Below, in pieces: positions 47,960-59,335 of a stretch of 64,000 bases of DNA. This stretch comes from Vicugna vicugna. Its lineage: Eukaryota. The position numbers and the translations under genes are program-made. The stretch is from assembly GCA_013265495.1 (NCBI GenBank), contig MU058221.1, positions 1,736,001-1,800,000 of the forward strand, read 5' to 3'. Position 1 is the stretch's first letter, and the number at the start of each line of letters is the position of its first letter. The notes beneath the pieces are model-generated. The model searched no databases. It saw nothing but the letters and a program-made list of their open reading frames with translations, and had not been told where the DNA came from.

Positions 47960-48346
47960 TGTTTTTTTAATTGAAGTATATATAGTCAGTTACAATGTGT
48001 CCATTTCTGGTGCGCAGCACAATGTGCCTGTCATACATATTATGTACATATGTTCATCTTCATATTCATTTTCATTAAAAGTTATTACAAGATATTGAAT
48101 ATAGCTCCCTGTGCTATACAGGAGAAACTTGCTTTTTATCTATTTTCATACATAGTGGTTAACCTTTGCAAATCTCAAACTGCCAAATTTATCCCTTCGC
48201 ACCCTCTTTTCCTCCAGTAATGAAATTGTTTACTGTGTCTGCGAGTCTGTTTCTGTTTTGTAGATGAGTTCATTAGTGTCCTCTTTTTTTCTTTTCTTCC
48301 TTTTTTTTTTTAGATTCCAGAAAAATACCACACAACATCACTCATA
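47960..48346 (-). mobile_element. Camelid-type L1 3' end with short 5' inversion
   Basis: Antisense 3' UTR runs to ..tttagattcca, then sense gaaaaataccacacaacatcactcata (48320-48346). Confidence 0.7.
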
Positions 48347-50369
48347 AGCCCCACCTTAAACAGCTTCTTGAGCCCCACCTGGGACCCTACGCTCATTCTT
48401 GCCGTGCGGGAGCCACCAGCTGCGTGGAGGGTGGAAGGTTGCTCCTCGCTCTTTAGAAGAATCTGACAGCTGGAATGTGTTGTCAGAACGTAGCAGTGTC
48501 TACCCTACAGCACGGGCTTGACGGCCCTCGGCCAGAACAGCTAGGCATTTCTGTGAACAAAACACAAATTAAATATACAATCAGCCAAGCCAGTTGCTTT
48601 GGGATATAATGGGAAAAAAAAAAACACTGGACCAGCAGGTCCTGGTCCCGTCATTAGACCAATGACCAGATACTGAAAAATCCCTGGGCTTGACCTGGGG
48701 TGATAAAGATCATAATCTCACAAAGCAGTTCAGGTGTTACAGTGGACATATCACTGCGTTCAGTTGCCTGACTTCTGTCCCTTGTGTTTTAATTTTCCTT
48801 TGAAGGGGTGTAGCTTCCACATCAGACCACATTTTATCCTTTCTTGGGCTTCACTCCATGCCCCCTCATGCAGCTCTTTGAATGACTGCCCTTGGTCTGT
48901 GGGTCCAGCAGCGCCCTCTGCCTCACACACCCACACAGGGGAATGTGCCTGCAGATGTACAAGCCCCCCTTCCAGAGAAAGCCCATAGCCCATGAGGACA
49001 GGTACGGAGCTGTGGAAGCCCGCTGAGGTCACTGGGAGACCCCACGGATGTCCCGGGGCTCCCCTGCGGGGCCAGGCGGAAGCCACCGTGGGCGTGACTT
49101 CCTCAGGCTCCCAGTCCTGGCTGACGTCCCCCTCCTCACATCCCTGTGCATTGCCCCCCAGGAGACCTGAAAGCATCATCCGCTCACAAATCCCCACCCT
49201 CCATCCGTGCTTGTAGGATGCCTTGCTGCAACAGCCGGGTGCTCTGGGCTCCAGCTTGTGAGCCGAAGGGCCGCTCAGATCCTCTCACCTGGGAATCTGC
49301 ATCGTGCTCACGTGACTCCAAAGAAGAAGTTGGTCATCCAAAGACACAAGCCCCTTATCCACGTCTCCAGACTGTGCTGACCCCCGTCCTGTCACGAGCT
49401 CCCTTTTCCCCAGCGTTCTCCATTTCTGTGAGCTGACCTATATTCTTAGAATAAATTTCTTTTTGTATTGCATTATCAAGAGTTGCTTGTGATTAAATAA
49501 CCCTGACACAGAAGTCAAACAAAATACAAAGCACTGCTCTGTCAACGGTGAGTACTGCTCTGAAGTCACCCGCTGCTGTCGCGTGAGCAGCCCCACTTCG
49601 CGCTCTTTGGTGGCTCACCGCATTGCTTACTTGATGTTAACCCAGAACACCTGTATTTGACGTTTCCCGGCTTTTGTTGTGCGTCCCAGCGTCAGTAGTT
49701 GACAATAGAAGTTTCCGAAACTGCCGAACACAACAGCACACACTCGGTCAGCATTTTTATTTCTACCCAGTCAGTATTAGCATCTCCTAGAAACAGAATA
49801 AGATCATTTCAGACATCTGTGCTTTCTGTCTGTGAATTTGTCTATTTTTGGCATCGTTTCCAGGAACACTTTGGTTCTCAAAGCAGAGACGACTGATACA
49901 ACTTGGTAGCTATATATCCAGGGAGTCACAATGACCTATTTCCTAACTATTTCCACAATCCGAGCCCAACTTCTGGCTTTGCAAACAAGTGCAATTTACA
50001 GTGGGCATCTGTCAATAAAAACAAGAGTGGTACAATATGGGTGCTTTGAAGCTTACCGTCTGATTTTTAGGCTGATCCTTGAGAAAGCTTTGTGAGATTA
50101 GCTTTAATTGAGATTTTTTCAGATGAGAAAAATAGACTAAGAAAACTTAAGTCATTTTTAAATGCTCTGCCGTTATCAAGTGACACCATGTTTTCACCTT
50201 CTCCACCCTTCCTGGGTGTACCATCTGTCCCTGCCGTCTATTCCCGCATAAAGCACAACTCCAAACCTAAGGCTTAAAACTAAGATGTGTCAGGATCCCA
50301 CACGGTTCTGCAATGCTTCCCATGTGGAGCCTCCACCATGGCTGCCGTCAGACGGCGGCTCTAGGGCTC

Positions 50370-50780
50370 TGCCTGCGTCAGCTCAGGCCCCTGTGGTGGA
50401 TACTGCACGCCGAGTGCTTTAAACAACAGACACTTACTTCCTCTGGTTCTGAAGGTGGAGACATCCAGGATCAAGGAGCTGGCAGATCTGGACCTTGATG
50501 GGAGCCCCCTTCCTGGCTTGTAGACAGCCACCTTCGCTTTGGCCTGTGCTCGCAGGCTCTTCCCTTGGTGCAGGAACATGGGGCCAGAGGGAGCTCTTTT
50601 CTTCTTAGAAGGGCGCTAATCCCATCCTGAGGACCCCACCCTTAAACTAGTTAACTTAATCCATCACCTGGATTAGCCCAGCCTTAATTACTCCAAAATG
50701 TCCACCTCCGATTGTCATCACCCTGGGAGCTGGGGCTTCAGCGCATGAATTTGGGGAGCTCACGAACACTGTTTGCAGCA
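50370..50780 (-). mobile_element. MLT1A-like MaLR LTR
   Basis: ctttaaacaacagacacttacttc..cttcctggcttgtagacagccacc..ggcgctaatcccatcctgagg..gcatgaatttgggg. Confidence 0.75.
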
Positions 50781-51349
50781 GGTTCCAAGCGCTAATATTC
50801 TAAGGCAGAAGAAGTAGAAGCTTCTGGTCTCTTGGACTTGAGCCTGGAACGGGACCCAGGGCGACCACCACTGCGTTCTGTTTGTCAGAACAGTCGCAGC
50901 GTTTGCCCAGGTTCAAAGCGCAAGGATCTAGGTGCCGTCTCTGAGTGGGAGGAGGCTCAACACTCTGCAGCTTTCTTTAACCCGACACGTTATCTCAGAC
51001 TCCATCACTGGGGTTTAAACTCAGGCTGCAGTTTCGCAAGAACATGGCAAAGCTAAACATGAATTGACAAATTTTGCAAAATTGAAACAGAAAAAAGGAA
51101 TTCATTTCTCTGAAAATCACTTTTTTTGTTTTTCCTGCCATAGGTGGTGTGTCTTCTGTCCTAACACAGCAAAGCACCAGTTGATGGATTTACTTTTTGT
51201 TTTCCTGTAGGGTATTAGGGTGTGGTCTGTAAGCGACATGGCCTTAGCCGATGTAGTGAGTCAGAAACTCGGGCTCACTCACACTTCCCTGGGATGGCAT
51301 GTGGCGTCTGAGCATCAAGGGAATCTGTTTGCCTCCGAATCAGGCCTCT

Positions 51350-51426
51350 GCCTCTCAGTGCCTGTCACGACTGCCGATGTGATGCAGGAGGCTGGGCAGA
51401 CGATGGACCCCACCTCCTCAGCCTCA
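51350..51426. repeat. 77-bp perfect inverted repeat, left arm (probable donor)
   Basis: Exact reverse complement of 52428-52504 by base-by-base comparison. Confidence 0.95.
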
Positions 51427-51709
51427 CGGAGCTGCGCTGGGGAGGTGATTTCCCAGAGTCAAGTCACTGTTTCCCCTCCTGCTCCTCTTTGGGGGTTATT
51501 TCATTTTGCTTTGTTTCTGTGAGCAGCTCGCATGATTCCCACAAGGCAAGTACTGATTTCATGATGAAGATGGTAAAGGACGCGGGTTGGTTAATAAGAA
51601 TGGGAATTACACTCTCTGCCTAGTTTCCTATCGGTAAACGGGACACGTGGTGAGCTGAGGAGTCGATCAGAATTCAGCCGAAGCTATTCGTTTAACTCCT
51701 TAGTGATCC

Positions 51710-52349
51710 TGATCCAGGAAAACGTGGGGCAAGAGGAGGGCCATGTCCCAGGTCTCGGCTGAGCCCCTGGGACGCCCCCCGCCAAGTGTGAGTCCTTGTC
51801 TTCACACAGGAAAGAATTCAAGAGCGAGCCGCGGTTGAGTAACAGGGGATTTATTCAGAGAGATACACACGCCACAGAGCGCAGGCTGTTTTAGAAGGCA
51901 AGAGAAAGGCCACGAGGAGTGGGGGTTGGAAGCTTCGTTTAAGATAAAAGAAGTCACACACTCCACGGTCCCTCTCACTCAGAAGGGGGAGCGGCCACGG
52001 GGCGCAGTGTCGCTCGTTTTATGGGCTCGGTAGCTTCACACGCTAACAAATGGGAGGGTTATTCCGACTACTCTGGGGAAGGGGGTGGGGTGCCCAGGAA
52101 TTGGGCCATCTCCTACTTTTTGATCTTTTATGGCCAGCCTGGGAACGGTAAGGCACTTGTGGGCGTGCCAGTCACCATACTAACAGCTTACAATGAGCAT
52201 ATAATGAAGGTCAAGGTCCACTGGAAGTCAAACCTCCCGCCATCTTGGGCTTCAAGGCCTACGGGGAGTTGAATCTTCCATCGTCTTGGTGTTAATTGCT
52301 GTGTCCTTCTTTGCAAGGCCGTGCCCTGCCCCCTCCTTCCTGTGTCTCA
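51710..52349 (-). mobile_element. MER41-like ERV1 solo LTR
   Basis: Reverse-complement homologue of the 33281 and 53843 LTRs (TGATCCAGGAAAA..CCTGTGTCTCA); near-TSD ATCC/CTCC. Confidence 0.75.
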
Positions 52350-52427
52350 CTCCTGTTGGTTGAAGGGGCTGTTGTAGCATTGAACACAACGCATGAGTTA
52401 GGAGTGAGGGCTCGAGAGCCAGCCCTC

Positions 52428-52504
52428 TGAGGCTGAGGAGGTGGGGTCCATCGTCTGCCCAGCCTCCTGCATCACATCGGCAGTCGTGACAGGCACTGAG
52501 AGGC
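52428..52504. repeat. 77-bp perfect inverted repeat, right arm (inside a MIR)
   Basis: Exact reverse complement of 51350-51426; interrupts MIR-like sequence ~52395-52630. Confidence 0.95.
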
Positions 52505-53842
52505 TAGCTGCGTATCCAGCCTGTCTGTGCCTGTTTCCTCTTCTGCGAAGTGTCGCTATGCAGTAACTCTGTCAGAGCGCACATAAGATTAAATATGGTG
52601 CCCCACGTAGGATGCTCAGAGAAATGCAGTGCTTTCTTAAGCCCTCAGGAAACATCAGCAGGTATTCGAGCTGACAATCATTCTGTCCCCTGGCTTCAGG
52701 CTTCCCCTGACTCCTTCCGTATATTGATGACTGACTGCCTTCAAAGGCTAAACTCTGACCGACTAGAAGCTGATCGCTGACTGAAAGATTAGTCACAGGA
52801 AAGCCAGGTGAGAGTAAGGGTGGACCAGAAATGTCTTTGTCATGCAGGAGGCACAGTTCAGTGGAACCTTCCTGAGCCTGGAAGGAGAGTGGAGGTAACT
52901 CCTCAACTCTTCAGCCTTAACCAGTTATTGATCTGGCTTTAGGATGACCCAACTCTCCTTGGCCAATAATGCAATAGAATCTATTTAAGCTCTATTTCCC
53001 ACTAAGTGGAGTTGTTTTTGAGACTAGAAAGGGTCTGGTGTCTATCACAGATTCGGAGTCTGAAAAAGATCTAATGAACCTTCCGTATCAACCAGCCACT
53101 TCTGTTTGGTTTTGACTTCCCCCTGGCTTTCCTTTTGTTGGGAAATGTCAATACCAATGGCACCTTTCATTTGTCAAGCCCGCAAGTTTAATTCCAGGCC
53201 AGGCGTATGACAGAGATGAAGTGAACACCCCATCCATGAGCTGGCGGAGGTTCTGACTTGTCCCCTCTGCCCTCTGTCCTAAGGACAACAGCAAATGTTG
53301 CTGGGGAGGACAGAAGTTATTTCAATCAAGCACAATCTTAGGCTTCTTTTGGTAAACAACAGCAGACACCGAAAGAGTCTGAGACAGATGAAGACGAGCT
53401 GCTCGCCTGCTCCCTGCTAGCTTATACCAGCATGCCCCCCTACCTTGCCATCTGATTATTAAAAAAAAACGAAAGCTCAGACCAAAACCTAACAGCATAC
53501 AGACATGCATACAGACACAAAACAGTTCATAGAAACTGACCCCTACGCTGGGTGGGGTTCCAATTCCATGTCCTTCCAAATGTTCTGGCCCCATGTTACT
53601 TGAAGGATTCAACTGTAGCAGACACAACAACTTCCCAGAGACAGGACTTGGTGCCTTCAAGCAGCATCAAACAGACAGGAAGACTTCTAAGCAAATGGCC
53701 GACCAGGCTGGGAACCAGGGTGAGGCAAGCCAGGCACGTATAGGAAGTCACTCATTCTCAGGTGCCCGCCCTGCACTTCCAAGACCCTGAGAGTGAGCAT
53801 CTCCTTAAATTTTGCAGCCTGGTCTCTTGGCTTGTCTGGATG

Positions 53843-54483
53843 TGAGACAGGAGGGCAGGGGGCAGGACACAACCATTCAAAGAGTGACTCAGCATTTAGC
53901 ACCAAGATGGTGGAAGACTCAACTCCCGGGAGACCTTGTGCTTCATTACACGCTCACTGTAACACAGTAGCATGCTAGATGGCTCTCCCACGGGTGCCAT
54001 GACGGCTCTGAGGCTGACCATAAAAGCTCAGAAAGTGGTCTACTTCCTGGGAATCCCAGCCCCTTCCCCCACGTGGTTGGGATAATCTTCCCACTTGTTA
54101 GCATATGAAGTTACTGAGCCCATAAAAACTAACGTCCCCCACACTTCATGGTCGATCTGATCTCATTTTTCCTAACTGACCCCATGCTCTCAGGCCCCCA
54201 CTTCCCCTTCTGAGTCATACAGACCACACTCTGCCTATGGGTTGTGAATCACTTTTACTTTAACCACCCACGCACCCTGGGGCCACTCTCCCTTCTGAGA
54301 TGGACCACATTCTGTCTATGGAATGCATTCTCTCTCTAAATAAGCCTGCTTGCACTTTACTATGGCTCGCTCTTGAGTTCTTTCCTGTGCGAAGTCAAGA
54401 ACCCTCACTTGGCGGGACACGTTCCAGGGACTCAGCTGAGATCAGGACACGGCCATCGTGTTGAACCCCATTTTCCTGTATCA
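53843..54483 (+). mobile_element. MER41-like ERV1 solo LTR
   Basis: TGAGACAGG..TGTATCA termini; TGACTCAGCA 53885-53894; TTCCTGGGAA 54044-54053. Confidence 0.78.
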
Positions 54484-57398
54484 GAACCACAGGTTTAAGA
54501 AAGCCTTTCCCGTTACAGACTGTAAATGACTTGTGCCCCAAGATTTGAAAACCCCCCACTTCCTTAGATGTGTGGCTACCAGCCCCTTCTTTTGCCCTGA
54601 ATTCCAATCTTTCTCCCAAGGAAGTAAACACACAAAGGCTCACTAATTTGTCAAGTGGTCTGACTGTATCATTTGTGACTATTTCCCTCCCAAGTCAATG
54701 ACTTGGACACCAGGGGGGAGCTGGCCCGTGAGTCATCTGCATTTCTTTTCATGTCCTTACACACTTTTTCAAAGAGAAAACTGTTTACCTGCTCCCTGTC
54801 ATGGTTTCCATTGCCATGGCAGCTGAGATCTTGTATTGCAAAGACTACAGAGAGAAAGAGGAGAGAGGCGGAGAGAGAGGAATAGAACGAACCAGAGAGA
54901 CAAAGAAAGAGAGAGAAACAAGAGGGAGAGAAGAGAGTTGATGAGCAACAAAATTGAAGAGGAAATTCACAGGCCCCCGGAACAACAGTCCAGATAACCC
55001 GGGCTTTTGGTAGACAGAGCTCACCTGCGGGGGCGGTGGATTGGCTCAGTGTCTCAGCTTATCTTGAAGAGAAGCAAGGAGACAAGATTAAAATCTGGAA
55101 AAGGTAATTAGTGTTCAACAGGAGTTCGGCTCTCATCTTTCTTGGTTGGTGCCCTTTAAAAAAAATTATGGTTCTCTATGTGTTTAATTAAAAGCTTGGA
55201 GTGGCTGTTCGCCTCCATAAGTCATTTCCGTTGCCCAAGGGATCAATGGCTGTGACGGCAGTGAGGGGTAACTGGGGGTGCCCTGAATTCCCTGGGGCTG
55301 AAAATGAAATGCTATTCATCGGAGCAGTGGAAGGACGTTCTCTGTGCTGAGAGCTGCATTCCACTCTGCAGTTGCTGAGAGCTGAGAGCTCCAGCCGACA
55401 CTTTAACTGGCGGTTTCCTTTGAAAGGCGAGCTGGGAGGGATGCGCACGCAGAAGACCAAGGTGTCATCACCTGGGCGATCGGCTGTGATGCCAGGTTGT
55501 CTCTGAGGGACTGAAAGACGACGCTCTCTTTTAAATTTCCCTGTAAACTTTCCCAGTGTGTCTTTAGAAGCAGGGGTGTGGTACGTACAAGCGCCCCATT
55601 TCCCAGGGCAGGTCACTGAGGCCTCGATGCAAAGGGATGCTTTCGGAATTACATGGAAAATGAATGATGGAAACGAAAAGAAAAAATGTCCTGAATTGTG
55701 GGTGAATTGAGGATCAGAGTTAACAAACTGAGCTTTTATTCCCTGAGCAGCTCTGGCTTCAGTGCAAGAATTTAACAAAAACCTATTGGCTCCCGTAATC
55801 GTTCCCTTTGTCCCGCTGGAACATTTCTGAGCGGGGACAATGCCCTCGGCCTGGTCAGTGTCACACTGGGCTGAGCAGTGGCTTCTCTTTGGAGCTCTCT
55901 AGTACAATAACCTTTGCTTTTCTCTCACAGAGGCGGTGGAATATTAAGGCCCCACAACATTGCCTGCTTTCTGCAACAACTCAGATGTCACAACTTACCT
56001 GCCTGAGCTCTTTGTCACCTTCCTTCCCACTTTGCTGGATCCCCCAAAGCTTTCTCCCAGGCCGCTTGGCAGTGTCCCCTCACTCACCGAAATCTGGTGG
56101 GCCTTTGCTGAGTGAGTTCTCGGAGCTGACCTCCTTTTCGAGACGTTTATTTGCATGCATGAGGCCACCGATGACATCAGTGGCTTTGCAGCATTCGGCC
56201 ACATTTGGGGTTTTACCTAGAAGACGCGCAGAATATAAATGTTTTCGCGAGGTGCGTGAGCCGATTTCTGATTCAGGAGGTGAAAAGTTGCGAATGAAAA
56301 AAATTGAGGGACATAAACTGGCTGCTTGGTTTCTGTGGGCATTTTCATTCTTTTATTTAATGTGAACGTGTTAAAACAAAATGTGAAAAACAGTTTTGGT
56401 GCCGAGCAGACAACACTACAGTCCCTCTCCACCGGGAGCTTACTCTGCAGCGAGGAGGAAAAGCAATTTTGGGCAAATACAGTATGAATTAAATAAGTAA
56501 TACGGACAGGAAAGGAGTCTATACAGGAGATCAAAGGCGCAGAGAGTGGAAAAGTTCGTGAAGACTTTGTAGAGCGAATTGCCATCCACTGAAGGTAAAC
56601 TCAAAAGAAATAGAATTAACATAGGCCATTTATGTAAATTAAAATCACACCTACAAAATGACAGTATTTTTCAAGGACACATGGATTTAGTCACTAACAA
56701 CAAACATGTTAGCAGGGGTGCCTTTGCGTGGAGGGAAAAGGGAGCAGAGCTGAGGGGTAGATGGAAAACAAAGGAAAACGAAGACTTGGCTCAACTCGGC
56801 GATTATAATGTGCTATGAAATGCAAATAACTCACTTCCCTGCTTCATTTTCATTTCAATAGGACGAAGAAAGGGAAGATGGAAAAATAAATAAATAAACC
56901 CTGAAAGTCCGGAGCGGAGCAAAGAGTCTTTGAAGGAGTGAACAGTGCTTTGTATAAATGTGATCTGGGGGACTGACTGGAGAGGGTCACGGCAGCCTTC
57001 AAATGCCCGAGGTCCGAGGCCGTTGTTCTAGAACAAAGTGTCCAGTTGAAGGAGAGCGTTATTTCACTGGGTGACTATGTTCTGAGTGTAATTAAATTCC
57101 TCCAAGACCCTGCGGAGGGGACCATTAACGAAACCAGGCATGTGTGTCCCAAAGACACTAAGAGGGAAACACCTGGCTTGTACACAGATGCCTTCCAACT
57201 GGGTCTGATGGGGAAAGAGCTGCCTCCTCAAGGCTGCTGCCCTGTCTGTGTCCTCAGAGCCCCCAAGGGTCTCGTGCTCACCAGGGTGGGCGAAACTTCC
57301 TAAAGCAGCCGTCTGATCAGAAGGCGAAGTACTTGCCCGCTTTCGTGAGGCCAAGAAATACTGAGAAGGCTTACTGATGTCTTACAGGCCAGAAGAAG

Positions 57399-57577
57399 AC
57401 ACCCCCACAGACTCATTCAGAATAATGTTTGGCTAAATGTCTGCACATTCCATGGCCCAGTCAAGTTGGCACAGGAAACAAACCATAACAAGTCCATTCC
57501 TTGTCAGCCTGGTTCTTATGAGCATCTCCTTAAATCATCCTTAATCTCCAAGTAAAAATGCTAACAGTGTCATCACA
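57399..57577. repeat. 179-bp exact direct copy of 58367-58545, flanked by a 20-bp duplication
   Basis: Base-by-base identical; TTACAGGCCAGAAGAAGACA at 57382-57401 and 57579-57598. Confidence 0.95.
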
Positions 57578-57694
57578 TTTACAGGCCAGAAGAAGACAGG
57601 CCTGTAAAGCAAATGCCCTGGTTGAGAAAATGCACGAGTAATTCATAGAAACATCAGTGGGGCTACTTTCAGAGCCCTTCGTAAAGGTACCTCT

Positions 57695-58545
57695 TGATTA
57701 GATGAGGGAAAATTCTCCAGAGAAGCACAGCCAATTGGATGGATGGATGGATGGATGGATAGATAGACAGATAGACAGATAGATAGATAATTGATTGATA
57801 GATAGATAATTGATAGGTAGGTATATAGATAATTGATAGATATATAATAGATAATTGATAAGTAGATAGATGATAGATAGATAGATAGATAGATAGATAA
57901 TTGATAGATAATTGATAGATGATAGATAGACAAACATCTATGCATCTGTGTTTATATGTGTGTGTATACATATGTATATGTATATGTGTATATATATTCA
58001 TTACTTATAAGGAATTGGTTCACCCAGTTATGGAGGCTGACTGGTCCCAAGATCTGCAGTTGGAAAGCTGAAAACCCAGGAGAACTGAGGGCCTGGCTCC
58101 AGTCCACGTCTTCAGGACTGAGACTCAGAAGAGATGATTCAGTCCAAATGCCAGAGGCTTAAGGCCAAGGAGAAGCTCGTGTTTCCGTTGAAGCCTGAAG
58201 ACAGGCGGAAACCAATGTCCCAGCCCAAGGCAGTCAGGCAGGAGGAGCTCTCGCTTGCCCCCAGGAGTCAGCCTTTTTGTTCTGTTCAGACCTTCAACTG
58301 ATTGGATGAGACCCACCCACAGGAGGGAAAGCAATCTGCTGATTCAAATGTTAATCTCATCCAGAAACACCCCCACAGACTCATTCAGAATAATGTTTGG
58401 CTAAATGTCTGCACATTCCATGGCCCAGTCAAGTTGGCACAGGAAACAAACCATAACAAGTCCATTCCTTGTCAGCCTGGTTCTTATGAGCATCTCCTTA
58501 AATCATCCTTAATCTCCAAGTAAAAATGCTAACAGTGTCATCACA
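57695..58545 (-). mobile_element. MLT2 (ERVL) LTR with attached internal stub
   Basis: ttctccagagaagcacagccaat..ttataaggaattggttcac..gattggatgagacccacccac..cccagtcaagttggcac..aaccataaca, then an antisense PPT-like agtccattcctt. Confidence 0.85.
57737..57997. repeat. (GGAT)n/(GATA)n and (TA/TG)n microsatellites within the MLT2
   Basis: Seen directly. Confidence 0.9.
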
Positions 58546-58944
58546 AAAGAGAAACAAAAGGGCATTTAAGGAATAGAAAATCAAAAGATATGGGAAATTC
58601 AAAGGGAAATGTATTAAAAGGTAAAAAAGAGGTCAAGGAGCACCTGAAATAAAGTATGAATTATTCTGCTAAAGACAGGCAAATCTGTTGGAGGCCACCA
58701 GTGCCCAAAGAAGGCACATCTCTGGGAAGCCCTGGGTCAGCTTAGAAAGAGCTTGATCTTAGAGACTCATGGACCTGGGTGTCAAACTCACCTTCAGCCT
58801 TTATCAGGAATGTGACTTGGGAGAAACCTGTACATCATTGCCTTCGGTACAGAACCATGGTCTCATCTGTACAATGAGAATAATCATACGTCCCTTTCAG
58901 TGTTGTTTACAGAGCTGAACGAAGCAATGTAGGAAAAATACTAT

Positions 58945-59335
58945 CTTATTCCGCTTGGGCTGTCATAATAAAATGCCCTAGACCGAGCGGCTTACACAAC
59001 AGAAATGTCTTTCTCACAGTTCTGGAGGCCGGGAGCTCCAAGACCAAGATGCTTTCTCTCTTTCTGGCTGTCAGATGGCTGCCTTCTAACTGTACCTTTA
59101 CAGGGTGGAGAAAGAGGAGGAGATCGGGGTGGTGGGGAGAGGGACAGACAGACAGACAGATGCCAGCTCTCCGGTTCTCCTCTAATAAGGATACTAACAC
59201 TGTCATCAAGGTCTCACTTTCATGAGCTCATTTAACCATAATTGCCTTGTAAGCCCCATCTCTGAATGCAGTCACATTGGGGGTTAGGACTTCAACAAAT
59301 GATTTTTGGGGAAGACATAATTCAGTCCATAGCAA
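58945..59335 (-). mobile_element. MLT1A-like LTR inserted in a MIR (~58750-59370)
   Basis: ggctgtcataataaaatgccctagac..ttctcacagttctggaggcc..cacattgggggttaggacttcaaca. Confidence 0.8.

Noticed and set aside
51350..52504. Inverted arms as TIRs of a DNA transposon/MITE
   Set aside because: No shared TSD, interior is ordinary old DNA plus an LTR, and one arm interrupts a MIR; templated copying fits better.
51710..54483. Two MER41-like LTRs as a single provirus
   Set aside because: Opposite strands, divergent sequences, and no internal retroviral sequence between them.
57643..58001. I/Y/L/S-rich ORFs
   Set aside because: Translations of (GATA)n/(TA)n repeats.
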